A stretch of DNA of 64,000 nt from NCBI GenBank assembly GCA_011109175.1, contig RDEW01000007.1, positions 1,432,434-1,496,433 of the forward strand, read 5' to 3'. Each line of letters begins with the position of its first letter. Positions within the stretch are counted from its first letter, which is position 1. A model generated the notes under the pieces. The model worked only from the letters and a program-made list of their open reading frames with translations. It was not told the origin of the DNA and searched no databases. The position numbers and the translations under genes are program-made. Source of the DNA: Dicyema japonicum (taxonomy: Eukaryota > Animalia > Dicyemida). Positions 38,878 to 52,258 of this stretch are shown piece by piece.

Positions 38878-39340
38878 ATGGTCGAAGTTGAGAAACTTCA
38901 CAAATATGACTTGCTTGCAAACGAACTTTGGCTACTCTATGAATGCCAAGTGAAGATTATTCTAGTGGTTTTGACATGGGATGGAGTTGTCTCAAGATGT
39001 TTCAAGAATCATATGGATGAATTATCTATTGAAGAATCAACGAGGACTTACATCCAATCGGTTGTTCTGAAGAGAACGCTCGAAAGTATGCTCATTGAAC
39101 ATAAGCATTGGATGAAGGTATACGATGAAGAGTACGCCTCTGCTACCTCCCAACTTGTGGAACTGGCACGCCTTGAGGATAACCCATTGGACTCTAACAG
39201 AGATATTTCGACTGAATCTGATGTGGAGAGGGGGAGTAACAGGGAGTTTATGGCAAAGTCTTCTCTAAGAGAAGAGGGATTACCGGCAATCTTGATTAAA
39301 ATCCGCTTAATTAGTTAATTTACTTGTTAATTTTCTTATA
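38878..39340 (+). mobile_element. R4-like LINE 3' end
   Basis: VEKLHKYDLLANEL...VVLTWDGVVS...YIQSVVLKRTLESM. Confidence 0.8.
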
Positions 39341-39389
39341 AATGTTTTATAATAAATGAAAAAAATATTTGGTCAATTCATAAATTTTA

Positions 39390-41560
39390 CGATAAGCGTA
39401 GAAAGAGCAATTTCTTTATTAGCAAAGAGTGACTGGACCAGAGAACTTTTTTGCTGATTTCACTGAGGAGGAAATCACCGAGACTATCAAGATAAATTGG
39501 AAGGCATCTGGTTGTGATGGAGTCTATAACTTTTTTATCAATAACTTTAATTCGGTTCATGGATATCTTTGTGAGGAGATTAAGAAGATTATAAATGATG
39601 AATATACTCTTTGTGATTGATTCTATACTGGGAAATACGTATCTTATTCCAAAAGTGGATGTATGTGTGTTACCCAAGGAGTTAAAGCCAATTACTTGTA
39701 TGTCTAATCTGCATAAACTATTGACAAAGTGTGTGAACAAAAAATTATCAGATTATTTGAGTCATACGACGTGATCAGCGATAATCAAATGGGACGGGAA
39801 GAATGTGCCAAGGCGCGAAAGAACAGGCGATCGTCAACAAGTGCGTAAATCAAAAAAATGGAAACAGTTTGAATTCCACTTGGATTGACGTCAAAAAAGC
39901 TTATGACTATGTCGACCACAGTTTCTGGACCAGGTATTACAAAATTCTGGTCTTCACTGCTGGATTGTCAGGTTTATTCAAAAACTTGTCACAAAATGGA
40001 AGATTCGTCTAAATTTGGGAGACAAAACGTTAAGAGAATTAAAAATAAAAAGATGAATTCTGCAGAGGGACTCCCTCCGCAGATCTTTGTTTTGCTAATG
40101 GACCTCTCTGTCGAATGCTGAACGGAAAATTTCCAAAGCAACGATGGGAAGTCCGGGAAATAAAGAATCAACGTATACGACTATGGACGATTTAAGGTTG
40201 TTTTCCCGCCACAGTCACTCAACGGAAATGATGTTTGAAGTTGAATCGTTTTTTGATGCAGTCGGGTTGGAGAAAAACTATAACAAATCTGCAATAAACG
40301 TTAAGTCCTTGTCCGAGAAAGCTTGTTTCCTCGATGGATTGGATGGATACCGATATTTTAAGTTCTTGAAAAAAAACAGTAATGTTCTTAAAAAAAGAAA
40401 TTATGGATAAAATCTATGAAGCATCTAAGCGGATCAAAAATTTGACAAAGACGGATTTAAACTCAGTGAACCTGTTTAAAGAAGATGAACAAGTATGCAG
40501 TCTCACTCTATAACTAATACATTGGATTGATTGATATCGAGTCGCCAGAATTTGAAGAGATCGATAAAAACATCCGCATAATTCTTATGGATAGCCACAT
40601 ACACTTGCAACCGGCAAACAAAGACTTTATCTACCAAAAAATAAATTTGGAAGAGTCCTCGAGTATGTCATAACATGCAGAACGAATGCTCCTCCAATTT
40701 TATGGTGACTTGGAACATAAGACAATTTACTGCCTAAGAAGAGCGGGAATACTACGGGTCATTAAGAAATCAAACTAACACTATCGTAGAATTCATTTCC
40801 TGAAAGTACAACATTGAAAAATGTGACTTGACAATGTCGAAGTTAATGGAAATACATCATGAATATCTATTGGGAAAAATGAGAAAAAACCGCTGCACTC
40901 TATTTTATTTCAGTGTTTAAAAGACACATAAGTGAATATTGCTGAATCCTCTGGATGGCTAGTGCATGGAAATCACTCCCCTATAACCGAGGGAAGGCTG
41001 TGTCTACTTTAGGATCGTAACATGATTTTAATAACGGAGAAACTAAGTGCGAACATTGTAATTCAGAAAAAAAGACCGTCGATCACCTTGCAACTTGGTG
41101 TGGAAGAATGCTAAATAGCTCGTATCTCAGGCGGCATAATGAAGTGGTCAGATGGTTACACCTACATCTTTGCCGTCAATATTGAACAAGAAAAACTAAG
41201 AAACTGAAGACCCATTCAGTACAATCTTGAGATTATCCATTGCGCAAAGGTAAAAATAATCCTTGTGGTCATCACTCGGGATGGAATTGTCTCCAGATTC
41301 TTCAAAGGCCACCTGGATGTCCTCAAGGTGTAGGAGAGGGTCAAAGCTTATATACAGACGCTAGTGTTATGGAAGACTTTGTAGAATATGCAAAATGAGG
41401 AGAGGCATGGAGCATCGATGCGTGTTGATGAGAAAGACGGCATGGAATGTCAACCTAGGGTAGTCTCTGAATGTGGGGTATGCAGCGACATGAACTCGCC
41501 TATAAAGGCAATAGGGGTTGGCCCCAAGAAGAGAAGATTGAGTTAGACGGGTGTTATAAA
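39390..41560 (+). mobile_element. R4-like LINE, degraded
   Basis: WKASGCDGVYNFFI, WIDVKKAYD, MDDL, CEHC...DHLAT, RHNEVV and TRDGIVS motifs. Confidence 0.8.
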
Positions 41561-41659
41561 AAATGATTTTTTATTGTTTGATTATTAAAATTCAGTTATA
41601 TTATTCATTTTTAGAAGCCATTTTTTGAAATTTTAGTTGCCATAAAAATTGCCCTACTG

Positions 41660-43700
41660 GCTTCAAACAGGCTAGAGATAGAATAAGGCCTCTTCCCTTT
41701 CTTAATCCCCCTCGGCTGAATGGGTTCCTGATAATTCTCGCCGGTGACATTGAACTTAATCCAGGTCCTCCACTCTCAATTCTGCAGATAAACATCAACG
41801 GAATCAAAAGAAAAATTCTCGAACTACGGTCCTTACTCCATCATCACCTACCCCGAATTTTCCAGGATACCACTGCATCCGCCTCGACCGCTCAAACCGT
41901 CGTGGTGGGGGTCTCCTCATCATTATAAAGATAACATTCGATTTACGGCATCTCAGCGAACTACAATCACTAATAAACGATGGGACCACGGAAATATCTG
42001 GGATATCAATTACAAGTGGATTCGGGACTCTCAACATTACAAACATCTACGTCCCCCTCCATCTTCTTGCCCAAAAGGATTCTCTCTAAACCTAACCAAG
42101 TTAAACAAGCTCGGAAATGATATTGTGTGGAGATTTTAATACTAAACATCCAGCCTGGTTAAAATCACATCCAGCAGACTCAAAGGATTAGCCCTATTAA
42201 ACCAGCTCACCTCTCTGACTATCCTCAACAACCCCAGGAAGCACACTAGGACTCCTTACAAAGAAAGCGAAGCTTCAACGTCCCCAGAATTACCTTCTGT
42301 TCTCCAAACCTAACACCGGACACATCTTGGACGGTGTATTATGGATTATCTTCCGACCACAATCCAATCATTATTCGAATCAAAAAAGTTCTTTACCACA
42401 GGAAAGAGACTGTTTATTTTTCAGCTATAAAAAAAAATGGAATTACTATTCAAAATATATCGATCAAGTTCTACTAAACTTTGATATGATATTCCCTCAA
42501 GATGAAGGTATTGACTTTTTAAACAAAACTATTCTCATGGCGCGGAGAACATTCATTCCGCGTGGATCACTTAAATTCTACAATGAAAAACTCGATCAGA
42601 ACACCAAATCATTAATTAAAGAAAGGAATGCACCTTCCTTTCCCGGACAGAAAAATCAAACAAAAACTCTCAATGACGAAATTTCTAAAAGGATTAGAGA
42701 AGCTGAAGCCAACAAATGGGACAAACTAGTATCTCCCCTTCCATTTCAGAAATCTGCTCAGACGATATGGAAAGAAATTATACAATTTGGCCCAAAAGGA
42801 AAATTTAAAAGACAACAGACGGATCAGCACAGTCTTAACAAGCTTATGAAATATTACGCCAGTATAAGCAACAAAATTATCAGGAAAATGGATAGGCCTT
42901 ATTATCCTCAATAAGATCGAATAGAACCCAGCCGATTAACTTTATTTCACATTCAGATGTCAGTGAGGGTTTGAAGAGGATGAATTCTTCCCTCTCATGT
43001 TTGCCTGATTCTATCCCTGGTATCTTACTAAAACCTTGGGCCATTGCGATTGATGCAATCACAGTGATTTTCAACTATTCAATAAACATGAATACAATTC
43101 CAACTATCTGGAAACTGTCCTATATACGCCAATCTTAAGCCTGGAAGTCTAAGGACAACCTGCATCACTTCGACCAAGCTCTTTACTATGCACTCAAAAT
43201 TATTGGAAAAACTGATTCTTAATTTTATAACCGCGTCCCTTCTTTTTATCCTTACAACGTGGATTCAGAAGGGTCTATTCAACTTCTACCCACTCACTGC
43301 CCTCAACTAATTTATCCTTGAAGGCTTTAACACAAATCCTCGCCACCTCAAAACAGTCGTTTGCTCGATCGATTTACAAAAGGCCTTCGACTGTCTCAAA
43401 GAAAAATCCTAACTCGGAAATTGTTCCCGCGATCAAGAGCTCATAATGCATCAGAAAGACTACAAGAATACCTTCACAAGATTCAAATCTGGCTAAATTA
43501 TAACCGGTTTGATATATCTACTGAAAACTCATCTTCGTCCTTATTTACCTCAGACAAACGACTTGGACAATTGACAGTGGATATATTTTTAACCAGACAA
43601 AATACCTTTCACGAAGAAACTGAAAATCTTGGGATCACCTGTCCGTCTCATCTCATGTCGACGGCATCTCTGGAAGCTGCTCAAATAATCTAGGGATAAT
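41660..43700 (+). mobile_element. APE+RT LINE (Jockey/L2/CR1-group-like), degraded
   Basis: AGDIELNPGP, LQININGI, RRGGGLL, DFNTKHP, FRPSSLL and IDLQKAFD in broken frames. Confidence 0.8.
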
Positions 43701-43729
43701 CAATCTAACCCCTTTCCCAGCTTTGAAAT

Positions 43730-44000
43730 TATTGCAAACAATTCATTGAGCCATCTGTCAGCTTGTCCATGGGAAAGCGAAGAGATTCCGAACTTCGTTC
43801 CCAGCCAGAGACGAATAATGTCCACATTGTAAACGAGAAAGTTTCACTCTGACGGTCCTCTGGAGGCATGTGCTCCGGTATCTTGTTTTCTTCGAAGGTT
43901 CGTATATCACGCGTAGACACAAGTCGTGTATACATTGGTCTAGGTTTTTGCCTTTTGCCGAAGGGTGGATTGTTTAAGTTAAAAAATATAATTTGTTTTC
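43730..44000 (-). mobile_element. LINE C-terminal fragment
   Basis: Similar to the post-RT regions at 52420-52900 and 58740-59715 (LHCESKIP...type). Confidence 0.4.
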
Positions 44001-44789
44001 CGTTTATAATTTGGATAATCATGGAAATTGTATGAAATCAATGACCACAGTTAATTGGATTTTTGATTCTCGTACATCTGAAACTTCCTTTCTATGTTCA
44101 GAACTCCTGAGTTAGTCACCTCATCCATGAAAATGAGTTTTATACAACTTTGTTATAAATGTGGTCACCACCTCAATCTTAAAACCAATCACTATTCGTT
44201 AGCTAGTTAAAGTTCTTTCATTCCCATAAGCATAGTGTATACCATCTAACTTACTAATTTGCATCCTCGAGGAGCATGACGTGAATTACCACCAAATAAG
44301 AAGACTTAGAAGAAAATTGAAAACTTCGTATTGAAAGGCAACAAGCACTATCTCGAAGATTGCAATAATATTCATAAGCTTGTAATTGTGTCGACAAACA
44401 CGGAAGAGATAAGGATAATTGTAAAAAATACATGAAGCTAATAATTGTGGACCCAATGCTTTTGAAGAATTGTGTCGTAAAAAAATATGTTTTAGTAAGT
44501 ATCCATGTTTCTAAATTATGCAGAGTTTTAAGTCACTCAAATTCATGTAAGACTGAATAGTCCGCAAAGTAATAGTTGAACGCTTCAAGTGTCACTATAA
44601 GTTTAACCAAAATAATGGTTTTAGAGATTAAAAAAATGAATAAAACAAACTAAAGTTTGATTGGTTGATTCCATTCGCCTTAAAAACTCATACAATTCAT
44701 TAACCAAACAAATTGAAGCCAAAAATTCCACTAAAAGTGCATCTTACCAAACAGTATCAAAAGTTTTTAAAATATTCATGCACATCACG

Positions 44790-45200
44790 TTTAATTGACG
44801 ATTCTAGGTAAATTCATTCCTGGTAAATGATTGTCACGTCATCCGGCCTCTTGCCATCACATTTGTCAAGACCGACGGGTTCCAGAAGGCAAGCAAACCC
44901 GGCGTCTTCGATAGCTTTCATGACTTGCGTTAATAACTGAATCCTCTGAAATAACATGCACGTGAAGACTGTCACGTAGGACAACATAAGTATAGTCTAT
45001 TTTCCTAGCGATCGTGTCCAAGGTTAAGGCCGAATAGGGGCAATAGTGTCATTTGACTCAACAACCCTGAGGGTAGTGCAGATATCTCCTTCAATGAGCT
45101 TTCGTTCTATTCTTTTCTGGCGATTATTGCTTCTGATGGAATCCATACTATTCCCTCATCCTCGTAAGGGATACCACGATCCGCAAGCAAGGTGTTCAGA
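44790..45200 (-). mobile_element. CRE-like fragment (distinct lineage)
   Basis: AGFACLLEPVGLDKCDGKRPDDVTI on the minus strand. Confidence 0.7.
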
Positions 45201-45420
45201 CCGGCAGTCATAATAGATTTTGGATTACTCCTGATCTGGGAACTATCAGAGGAGAGAGCACCGAGAACAAAAGGATCTAAACGGAAGTCATTTATTAAGT
45301 CACCAGAAATTGGGTCATTATTTTATTTCCAAAGTAATGGTAAGTATCTGGTTATTAGTAGTACAAAATTAATATGTCATACTTCCACAGTCAAAGTCAT
45401 AATAATATTCGCACTTTGAA

Positions 45421-45544
45421 GTTCATTGATGACGGCGTCACTCATATTGATGCGTGGAACCTTCAACCGAATGTGCAGTATCGGGATTCGAACTAGCGAA
45501 CTTCAGGCCTCTTGCCCGGAAACCGTCACACTGCGCCACCAGTC
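45421..45544 (-). mobile_element. SINE 5' half (diverged head, conserved core)
   Basis: A-box TGGCGCAGTG, B-box AGTTCGAATCC, then GAAGGTTCCACGCATC and GAGTGACGCCGTCATCA. Confidence 0.75.
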
Positions 45545-45839
45545 AAAGACGTCTTTTACATTTAAAATATTTCTTAGAGATTTTTTACGTTCAAATAGTT
45601 ATTAATGACAAAAAAGTGAACAAATGGTCATAAAGCGACCGCCCTGACTGTGTGGCTATACCATCTCAGGATAGCGAGCGGGATTTGCTCAAATAACCAG
45701 CAACGCTCACAGGGATCTCCTGATCGTGTAGAAATACGATTTCTTAGACAACTCAAAAATTCCAGCGTCGAAGGCACAAGGGAACCAGCGTCTCAATAGC
45801 GAGTGGTACATACAAAAAATCATTGACTAAGACAGGTAC

Positions 45840-46490
45840 TTTTCCTGTTACAATCTCTCGGCCTTCTCAGCCGCCAAACAGGTTCCAGAGGCACTCTGGA
45901 ATAGGTTATAGAGACAAACGCGTCGGTGCAGGTGACGTCCAGGAGAAGAGGATTCCCGGTTCAAATGGGAAGATGATCATCTAATTTGGTCGTTTCCCGT
46001 CAGTCTGTAAACCCGACTGGTTCGAGCATGTAGAGTGCCCGGCGGCGTGGAAGGTAGGGAAAACTGATAGGTGAGACTCTAGTCTTCACGAGCATGACGT
46101 CTTGGTCAGTAGAGAATTTAAGGAGGAGTATGGAAACTTTTGACAAGGGTGTTACAGGGTATTAGTGAAAAAAGATATGTGGGAGAGAAATGTCTACAGA
46201 GCTGCGAATTCTAACCCCTCCAAGTCTGACCGGCAGTATTGCCTGTTACCATGAGTAATCCTCAAACCGGACGTTGAAGATATGCTCCGTTGTCGAACGG
46301 AAGATCCCGTCAATTTGTGCAAGTTGGTCACACTGGGTGAAGTAGGAGTCCTCAGGACATATATGCAAGCCTCTGTACGTTGAGGCTATTCTTAGAAGGA
46401 ACAATGATGTATGCACGTAAACATAAGCGGTTCTGAGTCTCTCCGAGTAACAATCATCTTCCTTATATAGCTCTCCCAATTGCACGTATT
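45840..46490 (-). mobile_element. CRE-like LINE fragments
   Basis: TDGKRP...IFPFEPG and FLLR...LAQIDGIFRSTTEHIFNV, homologous to the post-RT part of the other CRE copies. Confidence 0.65.
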
Positions 46491-46812
46491 TCTTAGAGAT
46501 TATTTACTCTTTGTCTTTTAAATAGAGTAACCGATGACTAACAAGAAAACGACTCTCCCATATATCCAATACGGTTGTTAAAATCTCGTTTGTTAGTGGG
46601 CTCCTTGTATTTACCTATTGATAATTAGTTGAGGCGGGAAAATTCCATAAATTCCGAGTAATTCAGAATAATCAATTCTAGTTGAAGGAATCGAACAAAC
46701 AAGTGACACAGTAAAGTAATAATTAGTAATTAAACGACATATGCTACCAAGACAGCGAAAGGTTAATCAATATTTAATTGATTTAATACAATTAAACAAT
46801 ATTAGTTATTAG

Positions 46813-47724
46813 TTAGTTCTCAATTTTAATGGTAGTTGCCACACTCCTCAATTGATGCTTGGCTGTGTCCCCCGTATATGCAGTACATATTACATTCACT
46901 AAAATTCCCTGAGTTATTTGTAACAATTGAACGAATACTGCAGGGGGGACATAGTTACCCTGGTTCAAATAGGGATACAAAAATCTGGATATAATCTTAT
47001 CATCTCCATTTTTAATTCCCTTGAAAGTTAATAATAGGTCATACATCTATGGTACAGTTCACAGTGACATCAGAATATGGTTCCCATCCATATATCTAAC
47101 CATTGAGACCAAATTACTACTTTGTTGAGCACTAATAACACACAGGGTCTCCCTACATCGAATCCAAATGACTTAGCCTTCGTACATTCAGCATTTTGAT
47201 AATCTATGTTGCAGGCGTTTTCTTTTGAACTTTTGACCAAGTTACTGCATGTTTTTGAGCCCACATTCTTTTTTGTTTGTTCTGAAGGTTATAATAATTA
47301 AAACCATTAATATATTTGTCCAAATCATCCACATACTTTGTAAATGTTTCATGATTAGAAAGACTATAAGTAATTTCCTTGCTATTTCTAAAAGGAAACC
47401 GAGTTAAAGCTAATCAGTGCATAATTCACAGTAAACCTGGTCCAGTTTTAAGCATACTGGAGGACCCCATTAATTTGGGATTCTCAGCTGGAAGGAGTTG
47501 TAGGAAGGCGACGAGGCAAATTACAAAGAATCCAGTGAGGAAGAGATAGAAGCAGACGTAAAAGAGTCCAATTTTTGCTTGGGTTTAACATTTCAGATAC
47601 CCCAATTTATTCGAGAACGACCCATAACAGTTCCTAATTGAGGATTGTACACGAATAGTGAAAAATCCTTCCATGAATTAATTAATTTCGTTTTAAGTTT
47701 TGTCTGCCAACTTTGCTCAGCCAT
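46813..47724 (-). CDS. ATP1B: Na+/K+-ATPase beta subunit (ATP1B/nervana-like)
   Basis: FVYNPQLGTVMGRSRINW|AKIGLFY (TM), FGFDVGRPCVLLVLNK|IYGWEP, YPYLNQGNYVPPAVFVQ and six ectodomain Cys. Five introns (23, 27, 23, 25, 25 nt) give a continuous frame. Confidence 0.93.
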
Positions 47725-48261
47725 GTCAGATAATGTTAATTTATCTATTAATTTTAAAATATATTTTATTAATAATTTTAATATAAATTAATAATTATAT
47801 ACCAAGAGGGGGAGTGATTACCAACAATTTGGAATTTAAATTCTGATAATTTACTGGATTTAGTTAACTATTGATATTTATTTGGTCAATATATATATTC
47901 GATCGACTTTTATAATGTCGATAATTAAATGTCATTATTGAGTTATTCAAATTAAATATTCAATGATTATCGGTAATTCGTGGTTTTAAGAAATTTATTT
48001 TTTTAAATATTAAAATAACCACAAAAATTTTTAAATATAAAACTCGGTAAAATTTTTTAAAATATTAAAGCTTTTTCACGAGTTATAATATTTATAGCAC
48101 AGGTAGGACACATTAAGATATAATGATAACTAGGGCAATTAACTGCCATAAAATTCTATTTAATAAAAATTCATAAAATTTGATATTTTGCGGTTGCCCT
48201 AATGATAACTAATCGTTAAAAGGGAAGAAATGTTTTTAACTTATTTTTTGTTGTTGTCTTA

Positions 48262-48345
48262 TTCAGACGATCCATCAGTGAAGTCACTCGTCATACCAAT
48301 ACTATCATGATGCGTGGAACTTTCAGTCGAAATGTAAGAACACGG
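48262..48345 (-). mobile_element. SINE core remnant
   Basis: GAAAGTTCCACGCATC (15/16 match to the core) followed by TGACGAGTGAC. Confidence 0.55.
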
Positions 48346-48769
48346 GGTCATCAGAAATTTGTCCGGCACTTGCATCTTTAAAAACGTCTTTGTTGTGTTT
48401 AAGAAAATCAAAGGTACATTAAATTTATAGCTGCATGAGGCTATTAGCAGTTTTTTTGAATAACCATGGATTTATTGAATTTTTACAAATGTGACTGCAC
48501 GTGTTGCATGGATGTTGATCTCATTCAGAGCCCCCATTTTGTTTAGGTTAATCTTTTCCATTGAAACATTTTTGCGACACTTATCGGAGAGTCTGAAAGC
48601 TAGACTGATTCACTGAAGATACCCAAGGCCATTGGTATTCCTGTTGCTGAATGCCTCAAGTCATTATCGATAAAGCCATCAGTATCAACGACTACTAAAC
48701 TTGGCACCTATGAATCTCGAAATTACTGGAACAGGGTCCGTAATGTATCATTGTCCTGAAAATTAAAAA

Positions 48770-49520
48770 GAACACCTCTGCCTTTTTGGTCACGCTAGCG
48801 TAACAAACTTAGAAATCGAGGCTAAGCAAGTACCTCGGCGGGAACAATTGTTTCCGGTAGGAGGACGAACTAGAAAATTCTAAAGCACTAAAAGATAGGG
48901 TGAACCGAAAACTGGTGGAAGGGGACCTCCCTTCAGTTATAATGCTTTTGTCTTGTGATGAAACACTCACAAAACCGTGTCCAGCAGTCTTGGAGTTTTG
49001 AAAAGAAAGCATCCTGCTCCACCTTTCGAACCATCGCCACCTAACACTGCCGGAAGATCTCCCGATATTTCCTAATACAAAAAATAAAGTTTTTTTTCCC
49101 AGCAGTGGGTAGGTTTGGACGGACTGCGCCAAAGCCATGTAAAGTATTTAATTTCATAGGCATACGAGCCGAGTTTTGATCACGGCTATCACCGACCTGT
49201 TCGCGTGAATAATTAATGAGTCGTTCCCATATTTGCTAGATATTTTTTTGCAGACATCTATTGGCATTCAGAAAAGATAGTGGAGTTCATCCAATTGCGA
49301 CTTGTATGGATGTGCCCAGTGGATGCGATACAGCAGTGCACACAACAAGGAGTTACTTCAGTGGGAATAATCCCCAATCCCGATGCCTAGGTCTGAAGCC
49401 TGATATATCGAATGCCTTTAACACGTTAAGGACGGATTGTGGTGCGTAACATAAACTGCGAATCCAACTCGTGGTTCTTGGATGATGCCACAATTGCTGG
49501 TACATGAGAGAATGTACATC
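48770..49520 (+). mobile_element. CRE-like LINE fragments
   Basis: KLVEGDL...LLS and GVHPIA...GCDTAVH...DISNAFNTL. Confidence 0.7.
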
Positions 49521-50129
49521 ACAATGTTTTTTTCAGGTATTTGACGATTTGCACCCGAGTAATAAAAAGTCTCTTGTTCAACCCCATATTTCTCAGCTGC
49601 GTGCCACGCACTCGAAACCTTATTCTATGGCCAGGGTACACTCTCGGATGTCAGCTTGGAGATGCAGAATTGAAAAACGGAGGGAATATCTTCCTTTGAT
49701 TCACATATTTTTTTCTGTTCAAGAAATGCATTACAGAAACAAGGACTTAACATCATCATTGCTCGAGATGAGTTTTAAATTATCAATAAAGTTGTCGAGA
49801 ATAATGTTATTCAAAGTGGAGACTATTGAATACTTCAACATACGACTAAGTGGATCTAAATAACATGGGAGAAAAACTATCCCCTGTAAAATTACCATCT
49901 AAATATTACGAATATTTTGATTATTCAAGCTCAATGCATAAGTAATTTTATAATGTCATCGCACTGTGAGCAACCATGCACAACGCGCAACAAATCATGT
50001 GTCAAAATCATGTCAATCAATATCACGATTAATTACTGAATTAAGATAATCTTGAATTAATTATTACTCTCAGATTATTATTATTTAAGCCAAAGAAACA
50101 CCGTCTTAACCAATAACTAATATTCAGGT

Positions 50130-51960
50130 GATCCCGGCATTTCTCAATAATCGGGCCATTTTTTCAGACAGATGGAAAATAAAGAACGAAAAAAAAGACA
50201 AAGTACGAGGAACAAAGCCAGTACGGACAACTCAGGTATGTCTTTTATGTGGACAATCGAATATCAGGAAATTTGGAATTACTGCACGCCATGTGAATCA
50301 TTCGTCCATTTGGGCTGCATAAAAATGAGTAAAGCTTGCGCCGAGACGCTGTCGAGTTGGCTGTGCCTCTCTTGTATTGGAATGGAGGCTCTCAGGCGGA
50401 AAAAAATAGCTTAGCCAAACTTTACACTGCCACATACTGACCACACTCTCTTGAAGATCTCGAACCTCATGAAAGTCATAAAGATCCCAGTAAAAATCCC
50501 TAAAGGCATACGAATATGCCAGAGAATTGTTTTTCTCCGCAAGGCTACTTGCTTTCAAAAAACCCAATGGAGGAATCCGCCCATTGCGGCCGGGAACTAT
50601 TTTAGAAGACTTGCAGCAAAGGTAGCATCGACCTGGTGAGCCGACAACTTGGAGAGGAGTTCTTTCCTAAACAAATGGGTGTTAGTATCCAGAACGGATG
50701 TGAGGCTGCGGTTCATCCAGCAAGGAGTTTTTTCACACAGAGAAATATTTCAAATAAATGCATTGGAATCAAGTAGGGCATAACGAATGCATTCAATTCT
50801 CTCAGAATAGATGAAATTATGGAAACGTGTTGGAAGAGGGCTCCAAAGCTTTTTTCTCTTGTCAAATTATCCTATGGGGACGATACGTCTCTGGTTTTTG
50901 AAAATGAAATTATTAAATCAAAAACGGGGATCCAACAAAGAGATCCGCTCAGACCTCTCTTATTTGCCCTGACCATTGATGATGTTGTGAGAACAATTGA
51001 TGCTCAGCTAAATCTCTGGTACCTCGATGATGCCACAATTGGAGGATCGTTCAAAGAAACATACAATTCATTACGTAAAGCGTTACCCGCTTTAAAACAT
51101 TTGGGCTTGGACATCAATGTTAACAAATCAGAGCTAATAAATGTCTCATATCCATACACCGACTTCCTCTCTATCAAGGAGTCTTTTAACGAACTGCTTC
51201 CTGGGATCCCGACTGTGCCAGTTGATAAATTATATTTCCTCGGATGCCCACTCAGCGAAGAAGAACTCAAGAACCATCTACTTTCCAAAAATGAAGAATT
51301 AACACGCCTTGCGAAAAGATTGTCATGTCTCGACTCTCACACATCTTTTTCCTGATGAGAAACAACATCGGACTACCCAAGCTTTTATATCTACTCCGAT
51401 GTTCACCCTGCTACGAACAATATGACATCTACTTTTGATAGACAAATCTCTCAAACAAATTGTTGAGTCACTAATTAACGACCGCTTCGACGAACTTGGT
51501 TGGAAGCAATGTAAGATTCTTTCTGGATTTGGGGGTGTCGGTCTAAGATCGGCACAGGAGGTTGCGTACCCGGCATATCTATCGTCTCTCTCAAGCTGCA
51601 TCCATTTGACACGGCAAGTCCTTTCATGACACTATTGGACTTCGCTGGAATGAGTCATTTGACGAAACTTGTCGGAAATAGAATGGGTCTGGACTCAAAA
51701 TCCCCAGAGACACAACGAAGCAAACTAATTGGGATAACATTGTCTGCTACAAAATTTTGGAAGACCTCAAATAAAAGCAAATCAACATCGTTTGGCTTGT
51801 TTGGTGTCAGCTTCAAGTGAGGGAATAGAGCATGGCTTGGTGCAATACCTTGCCCAAACCTCGGGACTTTTTTGGACGACGATTCTTCGAGGATTGGAAT
51901 CGGACAAAAACTAGAACTAGACGTTAGCCAGGAAGGATTCAAGGACAGCCCTGCGAACAG
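50130..51960 (+). mobile_element. CRE-like LINE with an upstream PHD-like Cys/His cluster, internally deleted
   Basis: KIPKGIR, KKPNGGIRPIAAGNYFRRLAAK, GCEAAVH, GIQQRDPL, WYLDDATIGG and GFGGVGLRS. Confidence 0.85.
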
Positions 51961-52258
51961 AGAGGATTCAAGGATTACGTCGATAATTGCATTAAACTAT
52001 TAAATTTCCCCACTCCTCCCTCCGTCAAGCAATTACTGAAATGGTTCAACTCTACCATAAACGCTGCGAAAAGGAAGTACATTCCTATGGGGGACCTACA
52101 TCATCAAAACGTTTCAACACAACGACGAAACATCTGATCAGAGAACGAAATAATCTAAAGATGGTAAAATCACCAACAGAAAAGAACATCAGGAAAATAC
52201 GATAACTGAACAGATAGACAAGAACGTAGAGGCAGAAAATGCAAATAGATGGACTAGA

